Part shown: one piece after another, positions 30,100-42,072 of the stretch
Position numbering within the stretch: the stretch's first letter is position 1
How the letters are laid out: each line of letters begins with the position of its first letter
NCBI RefSeq assembly: GCF_009914755.1
Contig: NC_060941.1
Direction: 5' to 3' (one strand)
DNA: 64,000 bases
Source of the DNA: the human T2T-CHM13v2.0 reference genome, Homo sapiens
The notes under the pieces: model-generated
The model's database searches: none
Told to the model about the DNA's origin: nothing
What the model saw: the letters and a program-made list of their open reading frames with translations, nothing else
Translations under genes and position numbers: made by a program

Positions 30100-30470
30100 T
30101 CACAGAGGCCTCAATCTACCATCCAGAGCCTTCTCTCCTTGCCACCCTGCCCCGCCGCACTGGGGTATTTCTGGCTCCCAGAGGGGCAGAAAACCCTGAA
30201 ACCCGAGCAGAAGCTGTCCTCGGTGCCACGCCTGGAGATGGGCATTAATAGCAGCCTCCCTCAGGCCCCTGACGCGTCTGGGCAGCTGCTCAGCACGTCC
30301 CGCGTCCCTCGGCCCCAAGGCCAGCCCACTCTGGCTCAGCCAGGCACACTAAACTTAGTGGCCACTCCCAGCTCGACAACCACTGCCACCCCCCAAGCTC
30401 GGCTTGTCACCTGCCCTAGGAGACGCAGCCGCCGGACCCTGCCCAGGGCACCCACGCCTCGGCGACCACC
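30100..30470 (+). promoter_or_regulatory. CACNG1 proximal promoter / 5'UTR (no canonical TATA box seen, GC-rich)
   Basis: Directly upstream of the Kozak ATG (gaccaccATG). GC box 30150-30156, E-box CAGCTG 30283-30288, TGACG 30270, MEF3-like GAAACCCGA 30198-30206. The TSS cannot be placed from sequence. Confidence 0.65.
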
Positions 30471-30699
30471 ATGTCCCAGACCAAAATGCTGAAGGTCCGC
30501 GTGACCCTCTTCTGCATCCTGGCAGGCATCGTGCTGGCCATGACAGCCGTGGTAACCGACCACTGGGCTGTGCTGAGCCCCCACATGGAGCACCACAACA
30601 CTACCTGCGAGGCGGCCCACTTCGGCCTCTGGCGGATTTGTACCAAGCGCATCCCCATGGACGACAGCAAGACCTGCGGGCCCATCACCCTGCCCGGGG
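30471..30699 (+). CDS. CACNG1: CACNG1 (voltage-gated Ca channel gamma-1) coding exon 1, 229 nt
   Basis: MSQTKMLKVRVTLFCILAGIVLAMTAVVTDHWAVLSPHMEHHNTTCEAAHFGLWRICTKR... with the claudin/PMP22-family GLW motif; donor G|gtaacg. Confidence 0.98.
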
Positions 30700-31124
30700 G
30701 TAACGTACCCACCCTCCGTCCCGATCCCCACCTCCTGCTCTTCCCCGTCATCCCCCTGGCAAAGTTGCCCTTGCGAAGGAAGGCAGGTTTCTCTGCCTAG
30801 AAATAGGGCAGCCGCCCAGCCTTTTCTGCCCAGGGAAGAAGATATGAATTGCATGTGTGGTGCTGGTGGCTGGGGCTGGGTTGTAAGACGAGGGCGTTTG
30901 TCCCAGCTATTTCTGTCTGGCTGGACCTTGGGGCTTTTTGCCCAGAGCAGAGAGCTGGGCAGGCTCAAGAAAGGAACTGCAGCTCTACCAGCCCAGGGAC
31001 TTCTGGGCCCCACCTGCTCACTCTCTCCCTGCAAAGAAAAGCTAGGTGGCTCTGTGTCCTCAGGCTAGGGGGACCCATGGGGCTGGCAGGTTTGTTCCTG
31101 GCCTCAAGGCAGGAGAGGAGAGAG

Positions 31125-31297
31125 CATAGGCGATGGAATTTGCAGGGTCCTGTGCAGAATGAAAATGCAGGGTTCCTTGCTCCAAATTACCAAGGATTTC
31201 AAGGCAGTGACAGCAGCACATGAAACCACACATGGGCCCTTGTGGGCTCTGGGCCTGGAGCAGCTGCACAGGTTGAATGTCTGTGAAGCAGGACATG
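31125..31297 (-). mobile_element. MER45A-like hAT DNA transposon
   Basis: aatttgcagggtcctgtgcagaatgaaaatgcaggg...gatttcaaggcagtgacagcag matches the reverse of recalled MER45A. Confidence 0.7.
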
Positions 31298-31315
31298 GCT
31301 GTAGGCTGTAGGTGA

Positions 31316-31771
<456 letters not shown>

Positions 31772-32465
31772 TGAAGGTAAGGTCCTTTTCAGGAGTACCT
31801 GGTAGTCGCGTGACTAGCCTCTATTCTGCAAATGCAGAGGCTTCTGGATTCTTAGCAAATACAGCACTTTAGAGGAAAGAGTGCTCATGGAGACCAGGCA
31901 GCCAGGGATCTAATCGCCATTGCCCACTACCCTCAAATGACCATCCAGGGAGGACAAAGCTCATCTCAGCCTCTGCTTCTTCCTCTATAAAATATGGGAC
32001 TGACTCTCAGCAACGTGAGATCCCTTCCTCGGCTTACAGACGCCCATCCACAGTGGCAGTGGAGCAGAGTGATGTCAGTGTGATGTCCCACCTGGTTTTC
32101 AGGATTATTTCCTCTTTTATCAGACTAGGTGTTCCTTGAAACCTGTCCTTCAAGGACACTAGGGCTAAGTCCCCAAAGATCTTGCAGTCTGCTTGTGAGG
32201 CAAAGAGCACAGACCCCATCCTCCCTTGTCTCTGCTCCCTCTTCCTTCCCTCCTGCTTGCTCCAGAGATCCCCTCCCTTGTTCAGCCCCACTGGAGGCCC
32301 AGAAGACTCATAAGTGCCCAGCTGTTGTAGAAACACCAAGTCCCAGGGCTGAGAGTGACAGGTGTGGCCATGTGCTTGCAGGGTATCGCATAGCCCGGAT
32401 GCCCATGCCCCTTGGCCACTGCTGAGCACACCCATAAACAGGAACAGCCTCCAGCCAACTCCCCT

Positions 32466-32495
32466 GGGCAGGGCAGGGCAGGGCAGGGCAGGGCA
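32466..32495 (+). repeat. (GGGCA)6 pentanucleotide repeat
   Basis: Directly visible. Confidence 0.95.
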
Positions 32496-33009
32496 AGGCA
32501 GCTTCTTCAGGGACCACACATGGGGACGTGCTGTTACAGTCCTGTTCACCCGTCCTTGGAACCATCTGCCTTTTAAAGTCAGAGCAGAAGACTGGGCAGT
32601 GAGCAGAATCCACACAAGGAAGAGACAGGCTGGTGAGAGGTGACTGGACCAATTGCAGGGGGCCAACAGGCATTGCTTGGCCTTGAGCCTGACAGGATCT
32701 ACCTCTTTGCCTTCTTAGCCTAACCAGCTATGAACCACACCTCCCACACTTGTGACACTGAGCACTACCTTTCCCCCAGTAATCTTCCAAAATATGTTCC
32801 TGCCTTTTTCCCTCTCTTTTCTCTGCAAATGGACATCTTTCTCCTTCCCCATCTGCCCTTCTTGTGCTCCCTGGGACCACTCTTCTCTGGAGGGAGGAAG
32901 TGGGTTCATATGTGGCCCGTCATCTATTATTAACAACAATAATAATAATGGCACATACATGTAGCCCTGTGTGCCAAATATTGTTGTAAACGCTTTACAT
33001 ATATTAACT

Positions 33010-35069
33010 TTGAAAGACATCAGGAAAAAAAATGATAGAAAAAGAACCTCCAAAAATAATCTTCTCCATAATAGTAATGAGAAGGCTGGCAGAAATGGTC
33101 AGAATCAACATTTTCAGAACTCTGGAAATTAACCAAAGTCTTGCAGCAATCCAGCAAGAAAAATGGGTGAATCTCAGGAGGACCAGTGAGTTCTGTGGTG
33201 TTTTAACTTGCCTTATTCCTGTTTCCCTTTCCCAGCTCTGTGGTAACCTTGCAAACCAACATTCCGTAATCACAGTGAAAATCAGCATCCCAGTAGCCTC
33301 TGGAGGGGAGAGAATGGGGTTGGATCAAAGGCCCATTCCCAGAGAGTTGTCATTATTTGACCTGTCTGGTGATTCCCTGAAAACCCCCACTTGAGAAGCT
33401 GTTTCTGTTTGACCTGACTCTGAGCTCATCCAGTGCAAATAGTCTTTCTCCCTGGGGATGTTTGTTGAAAATAATTAGAGATGATTGATTAACATCATGG
33501 CTGTCTGAGGCAGTAGATAACAGTTAGGGAAAACAACAGGCTAACCAAAAAACTGGAGACTGAAATGTCCATAAGTTGCTTTGAAAAGCTCCAACATATT
33601 CCTGGGAATCTAGGAGGCCACATGCATGCACAATGCTTTATGCATGCTCAGGAAAGACCTGAGAAGGCCCTAAGCACTCTCTGCCTTATCTTGAGACTCT
33701 GTTCAAGCAGGAAGTGAAGGCTAAGGCAGAGATGTGGGTGGCTTAGCTGAGCATGAAAGTCATATGCACAGAGCCCCTCAGTAAAGACTGGGAGAGGCAT
33801 TGTTGCCAAGCGTTTTAGGAAATTTATAATTGGTCACTAAGCTAATTGAACAGGGATCTCAGTGATCACACATGACAAAAAACACATACTTTACCATCTT
33901 AGTTCAAAAAAGTCACTAAACAAACAACGGGAACAAATCTTCAAGAAGGGGGAACAACTGATTTCCAGAGTTGCCACATTATATTGTTTAAAAAATACTG
34001 GCTGGGTGTGGTGGCTCACTCCTGTATTCCCAGCACTTTTGGAGGCCAAGTGAGAGGACTGCTTGAGGCCAGGGGTTTGAGATCAACCTGGGCAATATAG
34101 CAAGACCCTGTCCCTACCAAAAAAAAAAAAAAACAAAAAAAAACCCCACAAAATATCCAGGAGTGGTGGCATGTGCCTGTAATTCTAGCTACTCCCAAGG
34201 CTTAGGTGAGGGAATTGTTTGATCCCAGGAGTTAGAGACTACAGTGAACTATGATCATGCCACTGCACTCCAGCCTGGGTGACAGAGCAAGACTCTGTCT
34301 CTAAATAAATAAATACATACATAAATAATACAAGACACACAAAGAACTAAAATGATAAGGGGCATACATGGGGCAGGGAGAAGTCAATAGATCTGTAAGG
34401 AAGCCAGATATTGGACTTACTAGACAAAAACTTTAAATCAGCTATAGTAAATATATCCAAAGAAAAAACAATCAAAACAATTAAAGATGAAAATGATGCC
34501 TCATGAAATAGAAACTATCAATTAAGACACAGAAATTATTTTTAAGGACAAAATAGAAATTCTGGAGTTGAAAAGTACAATAACTAAAATGAGAAATTCA
34601 CTAGAGGGGCTCAATGGCATATCTGAGCAGGCAAAAGAATCAGTGACCTTTAAGATAAGTCAGTTGAGATTAGCCAGTCTGAGGAACAGACAGATAAAAA
34701 GAATAAAGAAAAATGACGAGAGCCTCGGAGACTTATGGGACACCATCAAGTTTATGTAAAGGGAGTCCCAGAAGGAGAGGGAAAGAGAGAAAGGAGCAAA
34801 AAAGGTATGTGAAAAATAATGTCCAAAAGCTTCCCAAATTGGATGAAAAACGTTAAAAATCGACAAATTTATGAAGCTTAATGAACTCCAGGTAGAATAA
34901 ACTCTAAGGGATCCACATCTAGACACATGATAATCAAACTGTTGAAAGATAGAGACAGAGAATCTTAAAAACGGAAAGAAACAACTCACCACATATGAGG
35001 AATCCTTAATAAGATGGACAGCCAATTTTTCCCCAAATCTATGGAGGCCAGAAGGTGGTGGGATGACAT
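33010..35069 (+). mobile_element. Old L1M 5'/ORF1 remnant containing an AluJ (34000-34325)
   Basis: ORF-track peptide MKSTITKMRNSLEGLN...DESLGDLWDTIK (34568-34759) resembles the L1 ORF1p coiled coil; A-rich sense strand. Confidence 0.8.
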
Positions 35070-35283
35070 ACATATATTAGCTCACCTAATCCTCACAGAA
35101 ACCTCCGTGAAGGCCATGCTATTATCATCATCCCAATCTTACAGATAAAGAAAATCAACCACTGAGAGTTGAGATATTTGACAAGGTAACACAGGTGATG
35201 AGCAGAGCAGCCAGGACTCACACTCAGACCCTAACATTCACCGTTTTAGTCAATACATTAACTACTTTACAACAACCCAGTGA

Positions 35284-35410
35284 GTGGGTTCTTATTCTAC
35301 AGGTGGTTCTTATTCTACAGGTGGGTCTCATTCTACAGGTGGTTCTCATTCTACAGGTGGTTCCTATTCTACAGGTGGTTCTCATTCTACAGGTGGGTCT
35401 CATTCTACAG
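35284..35410 (+). repeat. 7 x 18-bp minisatellite GTGG(T/G)TC(T/C)(C/T)ATTCTACAG inside a MIR
   Basis: Units end at 35302, 35320, 35338, 35356, 35374, 35392, 35410. Confidence 0.97.
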
Positions 35411-38400
35411 GTAGGAACAGGGAGGCTGAGCATAGCCTTCCCCAGGCTAACCAGCTAACAAATAGAGGTTCTCCACCCAAGTCTTGAATCCAGAGCCTCC
35501 TTTCCCTCCAGTTCCTTCTCACACCCTCTATTGTGCATGAAAACACAGCTCCTAAAAGCTCTGACCCAAGTGAACACAAGGAGTCCAGCTTTTGACATGG
35601 CATAGTTTGAGGGCAGCTGGACCAGAAGCTGGTGCAGTGGAGCAGACTTCTCAAGGTCCCACTTAGTCTTAAAATGTTGGAGGCTCAGTGGGCAAGAGTT
35701 GTCTAATTTTTCCAAATTAGACAGTCTTAGACTCCAAACAGTCTTAGAAGGACTTCCATGTACAAGATCAACATCCAAGACCAATTCCAATGCCTCCAGA
35801 ATGAGAGTAGGAGCCTCTCCCAAAGGAGAGACTATGTGTTCTGAAAGTCCAAATGAACCCGCAAAGAGGCCATCCCCTGCCCTTGGGCTGGGTGAAGTGC
35901 TGCTTCTTTCAGACTCTGCCTCTTTAGGGCAAGGAGGCAGGTTGCCCCAGGGCCCACTTTGCCTAGTGCCCCATTTTCCCTACTGGTCCATCTTCTCTCA
36001 GTGCGGGAACTGGGATTGTATAAAAGAGCATGATACTACTGACCCCAGGAATTTCATGGGCTCACTTCACCACCCACAGAAGTCCATGCCAGAGGCCTAG
36101 GCCAAAGCCAGGCTTCTCCCATGGAAGAGCAGTGCTCTGAAGCTCTAGGGTCAGGTCTTGGAGATTTCCAGCCCATTTTATAAAATTCTTCAATCAGAGA
36201 TGTGGAAGGAGACACAGCCCAGAGAAACCACTGTTGGGAGCTGATAGAACTTCTTTTACCAAAAGGCTAAAAACAACACTGACATCAATGCAAGTTAGAG
36301 GCTTCCTTGCACCCCTAAAGTACCAGTTTCTTTGGTTTTGGACAAATCCACAAAGTATCTTTGAATATATGAAAGTCTCCATGGACAGTCACTTGGCACA
36401 CTGATACATTCTCAGTGATAACCCAAGGCATCCACTAATCCTGCCAGCTGTTCCAACTATCAAAGAAAGATCCCTATTAACTCAAGTTCAGCTTGGAGCT
36501 AAATGTGGCTTCTGCTCTAATTCTTTGAAACTGGCACACTACACATGGTTCTGCACAGTTACTGATGCCCTTAACCAGAACACTGGGTTAGCCAGACTAT
36601 TCCATCCCCCAGTCAAGTCTGAGAGCTGAGTTCACCATATTTTTAATAAATAACCCATTTAATATTTTTAAACCGCTGAGTCTTACAGAAATAAGGAGAT
36701 TAAAATCAGCATAAGCCATCTGCAGAGACAAAGGAGAATGGCACGACCTCAGAGTTCCTAACACCCCAGATCATCATCCTGGCATTGGAATCTTTGCTGA
36801 CTTAGTCGGAAGCAAAGCTGCAATCCCTGAGCTTTGTGTAAGTGTGATGGAAGCCAGGGCAGCGGGGCAGAGAGGGGCATCCCAGAGGCAGAGGCAGGAA
36901 GACTGAGAGTCTGCACAGGACCGTCACGGTCCCTCTCCTCTTGACCCATGACTAAGATGGGTCCACCTCGGATGTCCTTCCTCTTTACGTTGCCCTGGAT
37001 GCTCAGTTTCCCAAATAATATCCACCTAGACCCAGGAACAGGGCAGGGAGGGAAGGGGCTCATAGTAGGGTCTGTCCATCTGAACAGGACCCTGCACCCT
37101 CTTGAGTAACATGGGCAGATGCCTGGCCTGATTTGTCCTAAATGAGGCCTGGGTCTGACGTGCCCCCACCCCTACAGGGGCCATTAGAGACCATGAAAGG
37201 GTTTATGGTCTCCAATGGGCAGCCACATAGCCCAGGAGTGGATGTTTCTCTCAGGTTCAGGGCAGGAGACACCGGTCTTTTTCACATGCTAAGCCCAAGA
37301 AAGGGGAGAGGTCAGCCCATCAGTCCTCAGGCCCCCAGTTCAGCCATGTAAGAGTGAAGCTGAGGCTTCCTGTTACCCTGAGAAGGAATCCTACCCACCG
37401 GAGGCCCCCTCCCTCCATTTGAGGACACTTAATGGAGAAGAGGGAGGAGGAACACTGTACCTGGACCACCAAAAGAAAAGCATCCCCCCAGAAGCTCACA
37501 ACCTGGCTCCTGCAGACACGTAGCCTACCCCTGTGTCTGAGTTAAGATCATTTCTATCCAAGCAGCCAGCAGCCAGGCGGAGCCTGGCGTTTATCTGGTG
37601 GGGATTTGGTGAGCCAAATGCTACCTGTGTGAGAGTCACCTCAGCAACCCACCAGGTGCAAACAGCTGTGCCCCCAGCAAGGCACTCCATGGCCCTCATC
37701 TCAGGGCCCTCCGCTGGGAAGGATTTTAACTTATGGCTTTTGAGCAGTCAGGGAGGCAGCTGACCATGAAATACACTTGAATTCAGTCAATTCTGACAAC
37801 TGAAATTGGCCCTTCAAGAATGAAACAGAAACAGAAATGTTTCTTTGTCCAGAGGGAGACACATGGAGACTTATGACATAGCATGGGCCATTTTGAAGCA
37901 GTGATTCGAGAGATCTACAGCCAATAATCTAACAAATAGAAGAGATCTGCATTATGCTTTAAAATAGCACCGGATGCCCAGAGAGAATAGCAGAGCACCA
38001 ATTCTGACATCACCACCAGCAGTCAGACACCCCAGGTAACGCGGTTCAAAAGGAAAGTGATTTAAATATAGAAGCACACAGAGAAGGCTGTTTATGCCAG
38101 GAATGGGTACTGCTGCTAAACCAGATCCCATCTCCAGGGGTCATTTGCTTCCTCAACCTCAGGAGAGGCAGCAGCCCTGGCTCTGGGGGGAAGGAGGGGC
38201 ATGGTATGAGACCACAGGCTTAAGGTGCAAGAAGAATGATTTAGGTCCGGTTAAAGAAAGTCTTCATCCCAAAGAAAAGCCTTGGTATCACTGCAGGTAC
38301 ATTTCCAGAAAGAACTAGGCATCAACCGCCTTATGAGCACCTAAATGAAGCCTGGAAGTGAAGAAATGAATTGGCAAACTAGACACCATCTCAACTAGAG

Positions 38401-38586
38401 AAAGAGATGTTTTTCTATTTAAGGGTCACTGATCCACAGGAAAAGAAATCAATGAAGGGCCTCCACAAATAAAAAGCAAACTAATTTAGTTTTGGAAGGA
38501 AACATAATATAAAATAACCCATTCATCCACTTCCTAAATCAAGAGCAAAGAAGATAAACCGTATTTAGCAAGAAATAAGACTGTGC

Positions 38587-38761
<175 letters not shown>

Positions 38762-39240
38762 TAGTATACCTAGCTATGAGAGAGAGACTGAAAGAGAAAA
38801 ATGGAAATGAAATTATATTTTAAATCAGCATGAATTTCCTTGTGCTGAGCCCCTCCCTTCTCCCTCATCAAATTCAGATTTGCGTTCCTACTGCCCACAG
38901 ACTTTCCATAGCTTTTATGACAATTATCAGGTGGGCCAAGCGGCTTTGTGGGGGCAGGTCTCATCTGGGCTGTCTCGCAAAGACCAGGGACCCAGTGAAA
39001 CCACATGATGGTCACATTCAGCCCTCGTAGGGGTTCCATCTGCATCCAGGCCATCCCAATGGCCACTCGGAAAAAGCCCTTTGCAGGGCATTTTAAGGGG
39101 CCTGGAGCAGGGTTCCCATCCTGGCTGCACATCAGGCTCTCCCAGAAAGCTTTTGAAAAACACTGTTTCCCAGGTCCCACCAATGAACCAGGGTGTGCCT
39201 GGATTCTGATGAGAAACACAGTCCCAGGTTTGGGGTTGAT

Positions 39241-39448
39241 CCAGGGTTTCTCAACCTTGACACTCTTGATATTTTGGCCTGGATCATTCCATGTTGGGAG
39301 GACCTGTCCTGTGTGTCTTGGGATGTTCAGCAACGTCTGTGGCCTCTACCGGCTGGGTGCCAGGTGTACCCCTCTCACCACCACCATAACCCCAGGCATC
39401 GCCAAGTGTCCCCTGGGGGGGCAGAATCGGCCCCAACAGAGACTGCTG
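39241..39448. mobile_element. MER20 DNA transposon (MER5-like fragment just upstream, ~39050-39240)
   Basis: cagggtttctcaaccttgacact..gatattttggcctggat...gccaagtgtccctggggggcagaatc. Confidence 0.75.
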
Positions 39449-39802
39449 TTTGGTTCTTTGTTGATTGTGCACCCTGCACACCCTGAAAAATGGCTTGAGC
39501 CTGGGCCTCGGTTACCCTGTCTGCCTAATGGGGTGCAGAACCCACAGGCCGTCTGCCCTGCAGACTCATCCAGCCTCAGCTCCCTGAAGACCTCCCAGCC
39601 CTGCAGGCAACCTCATTATCCCACTGAGATGTTGTTCTAAGGGTCAAAGACAGATGTTTCAGCCCAGATTAAGGATCTGGGGAGAAGAGAGGCTGCCAGA
39701 GCCCCCTGCATGCCGAGCAGAATGACACCACGCTCTCTGCCAGGCCTCTGTCCTTGCTACGGGTTGCTCCCCTCAACTCACAGTCTGTCTCCTCCTTTGC
39801 AG

Positions 39803-39877
39803 AGAAGAACTGTTCCTACTTCAGGCATTTTAACCCCGGCGAGAGCTCGGAGATCTTCGAATTCACCACTCAGAAGG
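39803..39877 (+). CDS. CACNG1: CACNG1 coding exon 2, 75 nt
   Basis: tttgcag|AG acceptor and G|gtgagc donor. Encodes EKNCSYFRHFNPGESSEIFEFTTQK. Confidence 0.97.
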
Positions 39878-40404
39878 GTGAGCCTGGGTGGAAAGGGGTC
39901 TGGGGTGACAAGAGGGGACTTCTGTGTTGTGCACCACTGGGCCAGAAAGTCATTGGCAAAAGCACTGACTTCCTCACGCCTGATGAGAAGAAGCCCGTGG
40001 TGCATTTGAACAACAGCCTTGTCAGCTCCCCGCTCCGGAGGCCCCAGGCAGCCGCCTTCCATCTCCAGGGCCCGGAGCTTCCACACCTCGGGGCCAGGGA
40101 GCGTTTGCAGAAGCAGCACCTCCTGGTAGGCCCCTACACAAGGGCAGCTGTTGTGACGGGAGGTGTGGATGTGGAACAAATGCTCAGAAGCCCCGTGGTG
40201 GCTCTTGGTGGCATGTGATAGTTAGAGTCTGCAGGGACAGTCTGAGTCCCTCCCTGGCCTAGAAATCCCTCCCTGAGTACCAGGAGGGTGCGGTGGGCTC
40301 TGGGAGCTTTTCAGGATCCGCAGAGCTCAGACGCACACCCATTGTCGGGAGTACAGACCCGTGCCTGCCTGCGCCCAGACAGCTGCACACAGGGTGAGTG
40401 GGCA

Positions 40405-40819
40405 GACACACAGACACACACTGACACACACAGACACACACAACACAGATACACACACACGACACACACAAGACACAGACGCACAGAGACACTGACACAC
40501 ACACATGACACACAAAATGACACACAGTGACAGACACACACTGATACACATGCATGATGACACACAAAATGACACACAGTGACACACACAGACACACACT
40601 GACACACACGTACAATGACACAGACACAGAGACACACACTGACACACACGTACAATGACAGACACAGAGACACACACTGACACATATGCATGACACACAA
40701 TGACACACACAGACACTGACACACACACAGATACACACATACAATGACACACACAAGACAGACACAGAGACACACACTTGACACACACACATGACACACA
40801 CAGACACTGACACACACAC
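40405..40819 (+). repeat. CA-rich degenerate tandem array (GACACACA/TGACACA units) in CACNG1 intron 2
   Basis: Directly visible, ~415 bp. Confidence 0.95.
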
Positions 40820-40903
40820 TGTGGTGCATGGTGTGGTCCCTAACGAGCCATGACAAGAGCTCCCGTGCTGAGGCCGCATGCTGGGTGTCCCTTGTGTTTG
40901 CAG

Positions 40904-41041
40904 AGTACAGCATCTCGGCAGCCGCCATCGCCATCTTCAGCCTTGGCTTCATCATCCTGGGCAGCCTCTGTGTCCTCCTGTCCCTCGGGAAGAAGAGGGA
41001 CTATCTGCTGCGACCCGCGTCCATGTTCTATGCCTTTGCAG
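40904..41041 (+). CDS. CACNG1: CACNG1 coding exon 3, 138 nt
   Basis: tttgcag|AG acceptor and G|gtagac donor. Encodes [46 protein letters not shown]. Confidence 0.97.
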
Positions 41042-41339
41042 GTAGACTGGGGGATCTGCCTGAGCGCCGGGGCCGGGGGACCATGTCGCGGGGGATTCTC
41101 CGCTCCACCCTCATGCCCACCGCGAGATTTGGGTGAGGGGCATTTCCCAGGCTCCATCCCCATCCAGGGGCAAACCTGGCCAGGCCATCAGCGACTCCAG
41201 GTGGGTTGGAGGGAGACAGAGCTTGGCGGTTTGTCCATTCCTCTCCACGACTCAACCCTCAAGGCCCCAAAGAAACTGCCCAGAGAATGATTAACAAAAG
41301 AAGGAAAGAAACGTGGTCACCTTTCTTTCTTTTTCTTGG

Positions 41340-41640
41340 GGGATGAGGAAGAGGGTCTCGCTCTGTCATCCAGGCTGGAGTGCAGTGGCACAATCACAGC
41401 TCACTGCAGCCTCGAACTCCTGGGTTCAAGGGTTCCTCCCGCCCCAGCCTCCTAGTAGCTGGGACTACAGACGTGCACCACCACACCTGGCTAATTTTTC
41501 ATTGTATTTTAATTTTTTGTAGAGACGGAGGGCTCATCACTATGTTGCCAGGCTGGTCTCAAACTCCTGGCCTCAAGCGATCCTCCTGCCTCAGCCTCCC
41601 AAAGTGCTGGGATTACAGGTGTGAGCCACCACACCTGGCC
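41340..41640 (-). mobile_element. AluJ SINE in CACNG1 intron 3
   Basis: Reverse AluJ features (cacagctcactgcagcctcgaactcctggg). Confidence 0.92.
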
Positions 41641-41845
41641 ACATGGTTGCCCTTCTGAGGGATGCAGGAATAGGGTGGTGGGTGGACAAATGGATCCTTC
41701 TGCAGGTTCCCATCTAGAACCTGCCTTGAGGCAGCTTTTCCCCCAAGGCAAGGTCACCGCCTCCTCCATGCACACAGGCTGGGATGGGGCTGGTGGCTAC
41801 GGCAGACGCCCCTCGGTCCCTGAGCATGCCTGGCTCTGCCCCCAG

Positions 41846-42072
41846 GTCTCTGCATCCTCGTCTCGGTGGAGGTCATGCGGCAGTCGGTGAAGCGCATGAT
41901 TGACAGTGAGGACACCGTCTGGATCGAGTACTATTACTCCTGGTCCTTTGCCTGCGCCTGTGCCGCCTTCATCCTCCTCTTTCTCGGCGGTCTCGCCCTC
42001 CTGCTGTTCTCCCTGCCTCGAATGCCCCGGAACCCATGGGAGTCCTGCATGGATGCTGAGCCCGAGCACTAA
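41846..42072 (+). CDS. CACNG1: CACNG1 coding exon 4 (terminal), ends at TAA
   Basis: cccag|GT acceptor. Encodes GLCILVSVEVMRQSVKRMIDSEDTVWIEYYYSWSF...ESCMDAEPEH. The four exons sum to 669 nt = 222 aa + stop. Confidence 0.98.

Noticed and set aside
30336-31034. 232-aa antisense ORF over CACNG1 exon 1
   Set aside because: Expected shadow ORF of a GC3-rich coding exon.
34568-34759. L1 ORF1-like peptide as a functional gene
   Set aside because: Short, frameshifted fragment of an ancient L1.
35284-35410. 18-bp array as a CRISPR-like array or as the repeat-protein ORFs in the track (VVLILQ, TCRMR)
   Set aside because: No unique spacers, no cas genes, eukaryotic intron. The ORFs stay open only because the unit is 3n and stop-free.
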